Below are positions 16,077 through 24,033 of a DNA stretch of 39,394 bases, piece by piece (the stretch's first letter is position 1; every line of letters begins with the position of its first letter). Source of the stretch: an uncultured Clostridia bacterium (lineage in GTDB: Bacteria > Bacillota > Clostridia > Oscillospirales > Acutalibacteraceae); contig CAMPCO010000001.1 in the NCBI GenBank assembly GCA_946646305.1, forward strand, positions 1 to 39,394, written 5' to 3'. The notes beneath the pieces were generated by a model. It searched no databases. It saw only the letters and a program-made list of their open reading frames with translations, and was not told where the DNA came from. A program made the translations under genes and the position numbers.

Positions 16077-17172
16077 TGAAAAACATGTAAAAGAACCTCT
16101 GTTTCATATAACCCGCCGCACCGATATTAAACCGCTTGCGGCTTGGGGAATAAGACTCATAGCCGTTGTTGCGGCGCTTATAGTCAGCGCTTTGGTTATT
16201 GTAACCATAACAAATTACAACCCGATTGAAGTTTATGCAAAGATGATTGAGGGCAGCTTCGGTTCCGAGCGTAAATTCTTTATTCTGCTTCAAAACACCG
16301 CAATGCTTCTCTGTGTTTCCCTTGCGGTAACGCCGGCATTTAAGATGAAGTTCTGGAACCTCGGTGCCGAGGGTCAGGTGCTTGTCGGCGGTCTTGCAAG
16401 CGCGGCTTGTATGTTTTATGCAAAAGACAGCCTGCCTTCCTGGTTGCTTATAATCATAATGCTTGTAACAAGTATTTTAAGCGGTATTATCTGGGGCGTA
16501 TTGCCCGCCGTTTTCAAGGCGATTTGGCGGACCAATGAAAGCCTTTTCACCCTTATGATGAACTATGTTGCAATGCAGCTTGTTTCATTCTTTATAATGG
16601 TTTGGGTTCCAAACGGTTCAAGCGTTATGGGCGTTTTAAACCAAAAGAGTGAAAGCGGCTGGTTGCCGGTTGTTTTCGGTCAAAAATACGGGCTTAATAT
16701 TATAATAGTTGCACTGCTCACAGTTGTGATGTTTATCTACCTGCATTTCAGCAAGCAGGGCTATGAAATCTCCGTTGTGGGTGAGAGCGAAAACACTGCG
16801 AGATATGTCGGCATAAATGTTAAAAAGGTTATAATCAGAACAATGGTTATTTCCGGCGCTATATGCGGTCTTGCGGGCTTCCTGCTTGTGTCGGGTACCA
16901 ACCATACCATTTCAAAAGAACTCGCAGGCGGTATGGGCTTTACGGCTATTATGGTTTCCTGGCTTGCAAAATTTGAGCCTGTTATGATGATTTTCACTTC
17001 TATGTTTATTGTCTTCCTTCAAAAGGGAGCAGGGGAGATTGCAACCGCTTTCAGGCTTAATGAAAGTGTTTCCGATATCCTGACCGGTATCATAATCTTC
17101 TTTATTATAGGCAGTGAATTCTTTATAAACTATAAAATCAATATGCGTTCTAAATCGAAGGGGGCGGAATAA
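16069..17172 (+). CDS. ABC transporter permease (BMP-system permease 1)
   Basis: Polytopic membrane protein. ATG 16069 is preferred (GGAGGTG RBS 9 nt upstream, overlaps the upstream stop) over the ORF-track start at 16051. Confidence 0.85.
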   Translation: MTNEKHVKEPLFHITRRTDIKPLAAWGIRLIAVVAALIVSALVIVTITNYNPIEVYAKMIEGSFGSERKFFILLQNTAMLLCVSLAVTPAFKMKFWNLGAEGQVLVGGLASAACMFYAKDSLPSWLLIIIMLVTSILSGIIWGVLPAVFKAIWRTNESLFTLMMNYVAMQLVSFFIMVWVPNGSSVMGVLNQKSESGWLPVVFGQKYGLNIIIVALLTVVMFIYLHFSKQGYEISVVGESENTARYVGINVKKVIIRTMVISGAICGLAGFLLVSGTNHTISKELAGGMGFTAIMVSWLAKFEPVMMIFTSMFIVFLQKGAGEIATAFRLNESVSDILTGIIIFFIIGSEFFINYKINMRSKSKGAE

Positions 17173-18155
17173 TGATTAAAACAATTTTTGCTTTTATCAA
17201 TGCGGCTATCATTCAGTCAATTCCGTTGCTTTACGGTGCCACGGGCGAGATTATTACCGAAAAAAGCGGCAACCTTAACCTCGGTATTCCGGGTATTATG
17301 TATATGGGCGGCATTTCGGGAATTATCGGCGGTTATCTTTATGAACATTCGGTTGCAAACCCAAGCGCAATTCTCTGTGTTTTAATTCCGCTTTTATCAT
17401 CCCTTATCGGTTCAACCCTTTTGGCGCTTATTTACAGTTTCCTTACCATAAGCCTTCGCGTAAACCAGAATGTTACAGGTCTTGCGCTCACAACCTTTGG
17501 TATAGGCATAGGAAACTTCTTTGGCGGTTCGCTACTGAGTTTCTTTGGCGAAACCGGCTCTATATCATTGATAAGAACAGGTAAAGCTTTTAAAGCAAGC
17601 CTGCCCTTTGCTCATAAACTCGGTATTTTCGGCAAAACCTTTTTATCTTTTGGTTTCCTTGCTTACCTTGCAATAGCCATCGCGCTTGTAACATCCTATT
17701 TCTTCAATCGCACAAGAGCAGGTCTTAACCTTCGCGCGGTTGGTGAAAACCCCGCGACTGCCGATGCGGCGGGCATAAATGTTACCAAGTATAAATATCT
17801 TTCAACCCTTATAGGCGGCGCTATTGCAGGACTCGGCGGCCTGTATTTCGTTATGGACTATACCGGCGGCGCCTGGACAAATAACGGCTTTGGCGATAGA
17901 GGTTGGCTCGCAATCGCGATAGTTATTTTCGCTATCTGGCGACCCACAACCGCCATCCTGAGTTCCTTCCTCTTCGGCGGACTTTATATCCTTTCAATCT
18001 ATATCCCCGGTCTTTCGGGCAGTGCGAAAGAGATTATAAATATGTTGCCTTATGTGGTAACAATTCTTGTTCTTGTAATTATCAGTATGCGCAAGAAGAG
18101 AGAAAACCAACCCCCGGCACATCTCGGACTTTCATATTTCAGAGAAGAAAGATAA
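17172..18155 (+). CDS. ABC transporter permease (BMP-system permease 2)
   Basis: Polytopic membrane protein. TAATG start/stop overlap with the preceding permease. Confidence 0.85.
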   Translation: MIKTIFAFINAAIIQSIPLLYGATGEIITEKSGNLNLGIPGIMYMGGISGIIGGYLYEHSVANPSAILCVLIPLLSSLIGSTLLALIYSFLTISLRVNQNVTGLALTTFGIGIGNFFGGSLLSFFGETGSISLIRTGKAFKASLPFAHKLGIFGKTFLSFGFLAYLAIAIALVTSYFFNRTRAGLNLRAVGENPATADAAGINVTKYKYLSTLIGGAIAGLGGLYFVMDYTGGAWTNNGFGDRGWLAIAIVIFAIWRPTTAILSSFLFGGLYILSIYIPGLSGSAKEIINMLPYVVTILVLVIISMRKKRENQPPAHLGLSYFREER

Positions 18156-18159
18156 TATT

Positions 18160-18191
18160 AAAAGCGGACTGCAAAAGCGGTTCGCTTTTTT
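18160..18191 (+). terminator. Candidate rho-independent terminator of the xpt-ABC operon
   Basis: 10-bp stem aaaagcggac (18160-18169) / gttcgctttt (18180-18189) with one G-U pair and a 10-nt loop. T-run at 18186-18191. Confidence 0.5.
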
Positions 18192-18308
18192 ATATTGGTA
18201 TTATATAGTAAATATATAGTTATATTAAAATTGCTCTTTACTTTTTCCTTTAAAAGTTATATAATTACTATGAGCGAATTTTTAAGCTTTTATTTAGGAG
18301 GAAAACAA

Positions 18309-21300
18309 ATGTCTAGAAAGTTCAAAACAATGGACGGTAACAACGCGGCTGCTCATGTAGCCTATGCGTTTACAGAGGTTGCGGGTATTTACCCGATTAC
18401 TCCGTCCAGTCCTATGGCTGACTATGTTGATCAGTGGTCTGCTCAGGGACTTAAAAATATTTTCGGCACCACGGTAAAAGTGGTTGAAATGCAGTCCGAA
18501 GCCGGTGCGGCCGGTACAGTTCACGGCTCTTTGGCGGCCGGTGCTCTTACCACCACCTTCACGGCATCTCAGGGTCTTCTTCTTATGATCCCGAATATGT
18601 ATAAGATTGCCGGTGAACTTTTGCCTGCGGTATTCCATGTTTCAGCTCGTTGCGTAGCAAGCCATGCGCTTAACATTTTCGGCGATCATTCCGATGTTTA
18701 TGCTTGCCGTCAAACCGGTTTTGCAATGCTTGCCGAAACCAACACTCAGGAAGTTATGGACCTCGGCGCAGTTGCTCACCTTTCTGCAATTAAAGGCCGT
18801 GTTCCTTTCATCAATTTCTTTGATGGTTTCCGTACCTCTCATGAAATTCAGAAAATCCGCGTTTGGGATTATGAAGATCTTAAAGAGATGTGCGATATGG
18901 ATGCCGTTGCCGCATTCCGCAAGCGCGCGCTTAATCCTGAGCGCCCCGTAATGCGCGGCAGCCATGAAAATGACGATATCTTCTTCCAGCACAGAGAAGC
19001 CTGCAACAAATACTATACCGCTTTGCCGGCTATCGTTGAAGAATATATGGACAAAGTTAACAAGAAACTCGGCACTGACTATAAACTCTTCAACTACTAT
19101 GGCGCTCCCGATGCTGAAAAGGTTATTATCGCTATGGGCTCTATCTGCGATGTTGCAGAAGAGGTTATCGATTACCTTACCGCTCAGGGTGAAAAGGTTG
19201 GTCTTGTAAAGGTTCGCCTTTATCGTCCGTTCAGCGCAGAAAAGCTGGTTGAAGCAATTCCTGCAACCACCAAGAAGATTGCCGTTCTTGACCGCACCAA
19301 GGAACCCGGTGCTCTCGGCGAACCGCTTTATATGGATGTTATCAGCGCCCTGGCTCAAAAAGGCAGACATATTGATACCGTTATCGGCGGTAGATATGGT
19401 CTTGGTTCTAAGGATACTCCTCCTTCAAGTATATTTGCTGTATATAAAGAACTTGGCAAAGATGAGCCCAAGGCTCAGTTCACTCTCGGTATCAACGATG
19501 ATGTTACTCATCTTTCACTTCCCGAAGAGCATGCGCCCAACACCGCGGCAGAAGGCACTATCGAATGCAAATTCTGGGGTCTCGGCGGCGATGGTACCGT
19601 TGGTGCAAACAAAAACTCCATCAAAATCATCGGTGATCATACCGATAAATATGTTCAGGCTTACTTCCAGTATGACTCTAAGAAGACCGGCGGTATAACA
19701 ATTTCTCACCTTCGTTTTGGTGATAAGCCGATCAAGAGTCCTTACTACATAAACAAAGCCGACTTCGTTGCCTGCCATAACCCCTCTTATGTAATCAAGG
19801 GTTATAAGATGGTTAACGATGTTAAGCCGGGCGGCGTGTTCCTTATCAACTGCCAGTGGGATAAGGATGAACTCAGCGCTCATATGCCTGCCGAGGCAAA
19901 ACGCTATATCGCTAAGAATAACATTCAGCTTTATACCGTTAATGCTATCGACCTTGCGGCTCAAATCGGTATGGGTAAGCGCACCAACACCATTTTGCAG
20001 TCTGCTTTCTTTGCTCTTTCTAAGGTATTGCCGGTTGACGATGCTATTAAATATATGAAAGAAAAAGCAGAAATCTCTTACTCCAAGAAGGGTGCCGATG
20101 TTGTTCAGATGAACTTCAAGGCTATCGATATAGGCGCTACCGCTTTTGTTAAGGTTGATGTTCCCGCCGATTGGGCAGATGCAGCCGATGAAAAGAAGAC
20201 AGGCGCTTTGGAAGACAGCACCAAGCTTGAAGTTATGGTTGATAACATCATGAAGCCGGTTGGCCTTATGAATGGTTACGAAGTTCCGGTTTCCGCTTTC
20301 GTTCCCCATGCAGACGGTACCTTTGAACAGGGCGCTTCCGCATTTGAAAAACGCGGTGTTGCCGTTATGGTTCCCGCTTGGAACAACGAAACCTGCGTTG
20401 CTTGTAACAAGTGCGCATTCGTTTGCCCGCATGCTACAATTCGCCCCTTTGCTTTAAGCGAAGAAGAAGCAAAGAATGCTCCCGAAAACATCCGCTATGC
20501 CGACAAGGCAAAGGCTGTTCAGAACGCGGGCTACAAATTTGCTCTTACCGTTTCTCCGCTTGATTGTATGGGATGCGGCGTTTGCGTTGGCGTTTGCCCG
20601 ACCAAGTCGCTCGAAATGGTAGCACAGAGCAGCCAGCTTGATGAGCAGAAGGTATTTGACTACTGCGTAGCAAATGTTACCGAAAAAGCAGGCGTGGCTT
20701 CTGATGCAAATGTTATTTCCTCTCAATATAAAAAGCCGTTGCTTGAATTCTCAGGCTCTTGCGCAGGATGTGCTGAAACATCCTATGCTCGCCTTATAAC
20801 TCAGCTCTTCGGCGACAGAATGTATATTTCCAATGCAACAGGTTGCTCATCCATTTGGGGTGGCCCTGCCGCAACTTCACCTTACACTACCGACTTTAAC
20901 GGTCACGGTCCTGCCTGGGCAAACTCTTTGTTTGAAGATAACGCAGAACACGGCTACGGTATGTATTTAGGTCAGCAGGCTATTCGCCGCCGCCTTATTG
21001 ATGAGGTTAAGGAAATAGCTGAAAACAGCAAAAACGATGCAGTTAAATCTGCCGCAGGCGAGTATCTTGATACTGTTAATGACGGCGCTAAGAACTCCGC
21101 TGCTGCAAAGGCTTTGGTAGAAGCAATCAAGGCCGCAGGTGCTGACTGCGATAACTGCCGCGATGTTGTTGCCAATGCTGAATATCTTTCCAAGAAATCT
21201 GTATGGATCTTCGGCGGTGACGGTTGGGCTTATGATATAGGCTTCGGCGGTGTTGACCATGTTCTTGCTTCCGGCGACAATGTAAACATTATGGTATTCG

Positions 21301-21851
21301 ATACCGAGGTTTACTCAAATACCGGCGGTCAGGCTTCCAAGGCTTCCAATATCGGTCAGGTTGCTCAGTTCGCAGCTGCCGGTAAAGCGATTGCCAAGAA
21401 GAGCCTTGCAGAAATCGCTATGAGCTATGGTTATATCTATGTTGCTCAGATAGCTATGGGCGCTGATCAGAACCAGACCCTTAAAGCAATCAAAGAAGCA
21501 GAAGCTTATGATGGTCCTTCGCTTATCATCGGTTATGCTCCTTGCGAAATGCATTCAATCAAGGGCGGTATGGTTAACTGCCAGGCAGAAATGAAGAAGG
21601 CTGTTGACAGTGGATATTGGGATCTCTTCCGTTACAACCCTGCACTTAAAGCAGAAGGCAAGAACCCGTTCTCCCTCGATAGCAAGCCCGCAACTGCTGA
21701 TTATAAGGAATTCATAATGAATGAAGCCCGTTATAACAGACTTACTCGTGAATTCCCCGAAAGGGCAGAGGTTCTCTTTGACAAGGCGGCAGAAACCGCT
21801 AAGGCAAGACGCGCTCACCTTGAAAAACTTGTTGAGCTTTACGGCAAGTAA
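18309..21851 (+). CDS. nifJ: Pyruvate:ferredoxin (flavodoxin) oxidoreductase, single-polypeptide PFOR
   Basis: About 1180 aa. MSRKFKTMDGNNAAAHVAYAF N-terminus. Two ferredoxin-type clusters CVACNKCAFVCP and CMGCGVCVGVCP. TPP motif GGDGWAYDIGFGG. Start set at ATG 18309 (AGGAGG RBS), not the in-frame upstream start at 18195. Confidence 0.95.
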   Translation: MSRKFKTMDGNNAAAHVAYAFTEVAGIYPITPSSPMADYVDQWSAQGLKNIFGTTVKVVEMQSEAGAAGTVHGSLAAGALTTTFTASQGLLLMIPNMYKIAGELLPAVFHVSARCVASHALNIFGDHSDVYACRQTGFAMLAETNTQEVMDLGAVAHLSAIKGRVPFINFFDGFRTSHEIQKIRVWDYEDLKEMCDMDAVAAFRKRALNPERPVMRGSHENDDIFFQHREACNKYYTALPAIVEEYMDKVNKKLGTDYKLFNYYGAPDAEKVIIAMGSICDVAEEVIDYLTAQGEKVGLVKVRLYRPFSAEKLVEAIPATTKKIAVLDRTKEPGALGEPLYMDVISALAQKGRHIDTVIGGRYGLGSKDTPPSSIFAVYKELGKDEPKAQFTLGINDDVTHLSLPEEHAPNTAAEGTIECKFWGLGGDGTVGANKNSIKIIGDHTDKYVQAYFQYDSKKTGGITISHLRFGDKPIKSPYYINKADFVACHNPSYVIKGYKMVNDVKPGGVFLINCQWDKDELSAHMPAEAKRYIAKNNIQLYTVNAIDLAAQIGMGKRTNTILQSAFFALSKVLPVDDAIKYMKEKAEISYSKKGADVVQMNFKAIDIGATAFVKVDVPADWADAADEKKTGALEDSTKLEVMVDNIMKPVGLMNGYEVPVSAFVPHADGTFEQGASAFEKRGVAVMVPAWNNETCVACNKCAFVCPHATIRPFALSEEEAKNAPENIRYADKAKAVQNAGYKFALTVSPLDCMGCGVCVGVCPTKSLEMVAQSSQLDEQKVFDYCVANVTEKAGVASDANVISSQYKKPLLEFSGSCAGCAETSYARLITQLFGDRMYISNATGCSSIWGGPAATSPYTTDFNGHGPAWANSLFEDNAEHGYGMYLGQQAIRRRLIDEVKEIAENSKNDAVKSAAGEYLDTVNDGAKNSAAAKALVEAIKAAGADCDNCRDVVANAEYLSKKSVWIFGGDGWAYDIGFGGVDHVLASGDNVNIMVFDTEVYSNTGGQASKASNIGQVAQFAAAGKAIAKKSLAEIAMSYGYIYVAQIAMGADQNQTLKAIKEAEAYDGPSLIIGYAPCEMHSIKGGMVNCQAEMKKAVDSGYWDLFRYNPALKAEGKNPFSLDSKPATADYKEFIMNEARYNRLTREFPERAEVLFDKAAETAKARRAHLEKLVELYGK

Positions 21852-21872
21852 TTTTACAAATAAATATTTGGG

Positions 21873-21906
21873 AAAGCCCGGTCAATTTGACCGGGCTTTT
21901 TTTATG
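21873..21906 (+). terminator. Rho-independent terminator of PFOR
   Basis: 11-bp perfect stem aaagcccggtc / gaccgggcttt (21873-21883 / 21889-21899) followed by TTTTTT. Confidence 0.8.
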
Positions 21907-21963
21907 CCTTTTTTTATCTTTTTCGACATTTTTTATTTTTTTAAAAAAATATTAAAAAAACTC

Positions 21964-21992
21964 TTGATTTTTGTTAAAAAGTCCTATATAAT
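21964..21992 (+). promoter_or_regulatory. Putative dcw (mraZ) promoter
   Basis: -35 TTGATT (21964-21969), 17-bp spacer, -10 TATAAT (21987-21992), preceded by a long A/T tract that could act as an UP element. Confidence 0.55.
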
Positions 21993-21998
21993 ACATAC

Positions 21999-22046
21999 AA
22001 GTGGTGAAAAGTGTGTCTAAAATCACTAAAAGTGTTTAAAAGTGTT
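21999..22046 (+). promoter_or_regulatory. Phased AAAGTG repeats, candidate MraZ operator
   Basis: AAGTGG (21999-22004), AAAGTGT (22008-22014), AAAGTGT (22029-22035) and AAAGTGT (22039-22045). The GTG cores lie at 22001, 22011, 22032 and 22042, giving spacings of 10, 21 and 10 bp. The array sits between the -10 element and the mraZ RBS. Confidence 0.5.
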
Positions 22047-22076
22047 GAATTTGTTTAGAAAAGGTGGTGGCTTTCT

Positions 22077-22502
22077 GTGTTGTATGGCGGATATGATCAT
22101 TCAATAGATAAAAAAGGCAGAATAGCCATTCCTTTTAAACTGCGCGTAGAACTCGGCGAAAGTTTTATGGTTTGCCGCGGTATTTTCGGCAAGCGTTGTG
22201 TTTGCGTTTATTCTATGAAGCAGTGGGAAGAACTTGTAAATAAAATCGGCAGTTTGCCAATGGCAAAATCAAGTGTTGTTAAGCGCTTTTTGTATGATGG
22301 CGCATTTAATGTTGAATTTGACAGCCAGGGAAGAATACTTTTGCCTCTTTCCTTGCGCGAATATGCCGACCTTCAATCGGAAGCACATATTATAGGTGTT
22401 GATTCCAATATAGAAATATGGAACAAAGACCTTTGGGCTAAAGAGAATATGGAATACACGCCCGAAGCCATTGCTTCCATTGTTAACGAACTGGAAATAT
22501 AA
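22077..22502 (+). CDS. mraZ: Transcriptional regulator MraZ
   Basis: GTG start after an AAGGTGGTGG RBS. Two DxxxR-type repeats (IDKKGRIAIP and DSQGRILLP). First gene of the dcw cluster. Confidence 0.9.
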   Translation: MLYGGYDHSIDKKGRIAIPFKLRVELGESFMVCRGIFGKRCVCVYSMKQWEELVNKIGSLPMAKSSVVKRFLYDGAFNVEFDSQGRILLPLSLREYADLQSEAHIIGVDSNIEIWNKDLWAKENMEYTPEAIASIVNELEI

Positions 22503-22504
22503 TT

Positions 22505-23425
22505 ATGGAATTTGTTCATAATCCCGTAATGTTAAACGAAGCCGTTTCCTCGTTAAATATTAAAGAAAACGGTATATATGTTGATGGCACGGCAGGTGGT
22601 GCCGGTCATTCAAAGCAGATTGCTTTAAAACTAAAAACAGGCCATCTTTATGCATTTGATCGCGATCCCGATGCGGTAAAGGTTGCCTCATCCCGCCTTG
22701 AAGGGCTTAATGCAACAGTAATAAACGCCAACTTTTTTGATATGAAGGACGAGCTTTCTCGCCTCGGTATTAAAGAGGTTGACGGTATTTTGCTCGATTT
22801 GGGTGTCTCATCTTATCAGCTTGATAACGGCGAGCGCGGATTTTCCTATAAGACAGAAGCCCCGCTTGATATGAGAATGAGCAAGCAGGGACCCACGGCG
22901 GCAGACCTTGTAAACAACCTTTCCCGCGATGAACTGACAAGGATATTCAGAGATTTTGGGGAAGAAAAGTTTGCTTACAGAATAGCGGGGGCGATAGTTT
23001 CCGCCCGCGAAAAAGAGGAAATAAAAACCACAACTGCTCTCGGTAGTATAATTGCTTCGGCGGTTCCCGCCGCGGCAAGAAGAGACGGCCATCCGGCAAG
23101 AAAATGCTTTCAGGCGCTAAGAATTGAAGTAAACCACGAACTTGAGCATCTCGATGCCGCCCTTCAAAATGCTTTTGATATTTTAAAGCCCGGCGGTGTT
23201 TTATCGGTTATAACCTTCCATTCCCTGGAAGATAGAATAGTAAAGCAAAAGTTTAAAGAATTATGTACAGGGTGTATATGCCCGCCGGATATTCCGGTTT
23301 GTGTTTGCGGCAGAAAGCCGCAGGGCAGACTTCCCCACAGAAAACCAATAACACCCGGCGAAGAAGAATTAAACAGTAACAAGAGAAGCCGCAGTGCGAA
23401 GCTTCGAACGATAATAAAGATATAG
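22505..23425 (+). CDS. rsmH: 16S rRNA (cytosine1402-N4)-methyltransferase
   Basis: HNPVMLNE N-terminus, SAM motifs DGTAGGAGHS and LLDLGVSSYQLD, and ITFHSLEDR. Confidence 0.95.
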   Translation: MEFVHNPVMLNEAVSSLNIKENGIYVDGTAGGAGHSKQIALKLKTGHLYAFDRDPDAVKVASSRLEGLNATVINANFFDMKDELSRLGIKEVDGILLDLGVSSYQLDNGERGFSYKTEAPLDMRMSKQGPTAADLVNNLSRDELTRIFRDFGEEKFAYRIAGAIVSAREKEEIKTTTALGSIIASAVPAAARRDGHPARKCFQALRIEVNHELEHLDAALQNAFDILKPGGVLSVITFHSLEDRIVKQKFKELCTGCICPPDIPVCVCGRKPQGRLPHRKPITPGEEELNSNKRSRSAKLRTIIKI

Positions 23426-23436
23426 GAGATAGGCAA

Positions 23437-23925
23437 ATGAATAACGTTAAATATTATAATGATAGCCTGGCGTATGATTTTAATATGTTTATGCCGCGTG
23501 AAAGCGCAGCGCCTGCAGTCGCAAGTGGCGGCAGGGAAAATGTTATGCCTATGCCTAAAACCTATACAAGGAAAAAAGCCAAGGCCGCAAAGTCAGCGGT
23601 ATCGCTTTCGGCGTTTGCGGTTATGTTCAGCATAATTCTTCTTGCGGCTTTTTGCGGAAACATATATCTTAGAATGCGCGTAAATGAGGTTAATTCAAAG
23701 ATAAATTCCGTAAAAGAGGAAATAGAGGTTTTAAATACCGAAAAAACAAGTCTTCAGGTTGAACTCGAGCGCCGCATATCCTATTCCAATATCGAGGTTG
23801 AAGCTACTAATATAGGTATGCAAAAGCTTGATAAATCACAGGTTAAATATATAAGAGTAAATGATAAAAACACCGCTGTTAATTCAGATGGTGAAATTAT
23901 GAGCAGCAGTGAAAGTGTTCAGTAA
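23437..23925 (+). CDS. ftsL: Cell-division protein FtsL-like (bitopic, coiled coil) with an extended N-terminus
   Basis: Single TM segment (LSAFAVMFSIILLAAFCGNIYL) followed by a heptad-like segment (VNSKINSVKEEIEVLNTEKTSLQVELE). Position between rsmH and the class B PBP. Confidence 0.75.
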   Translation: MNNVKYYNDSLAYDFNMFMPRESAAPAVASGGRENVMPMPKTYTRKKAKAAKSAVSLSAFAVMFSIILLAAFCGNIYLRMRVNEVNSKINSVKEEIEVLNTEKTSLQVELERRISYSNIEVEATNIGMQKLDKSQVKYIRVNDKNTAVNSDGEIMSSSESVQ

Positions 23926-23961
23926 TAATCAAAGAGAATAGATAGTATAATAAATATATAA

Positions 23962-23997
23962 ATACGAGAGTTAAAGCAGGGCTTTTGACTCTCGTAT
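23962..23997 (+). other. Intergenic hairpin between ftsL and the PBP gene
   Basis: 10-bp stem atacgagagt (23962-23971) / actctcgtat (23988-23997) with an inner aaagc/gcttt helix. Only TT follows, so it is not a canonical terminator. Confidence 0.5.
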
Positions 23998-24033
23998 TTG
24001 GGCATTAAAAAAGGGCTGAAAGCGGGGAACAAA

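Noticed and set aside
18195-18308. 38-codon N-terminal extension of the PFOR ORF. There are similar upstream in-frame extensions at 10795 (FAD protein), 16051 (permease), 23998 (PBP), 31328 (murA), 34871 (ctsR) and 35386 (mcsA).
   Set aside because: In each case the extension lies in A/T-rich promoter or leader DNA. A downstream ATG preceded by a proper Shine-Dalgarno sequence gives the family-typical N-terminus.
18642-20432. Two long minus-strand ORFs (242 aa and 305 aa) inside the PFOR gene.
   Set aside because: They are antisense to a 1180-aa gene with clear TPP and ferredoxin-cluster motifs. They have no recognisable motifs or translation signals, so they are shadow ORFs.
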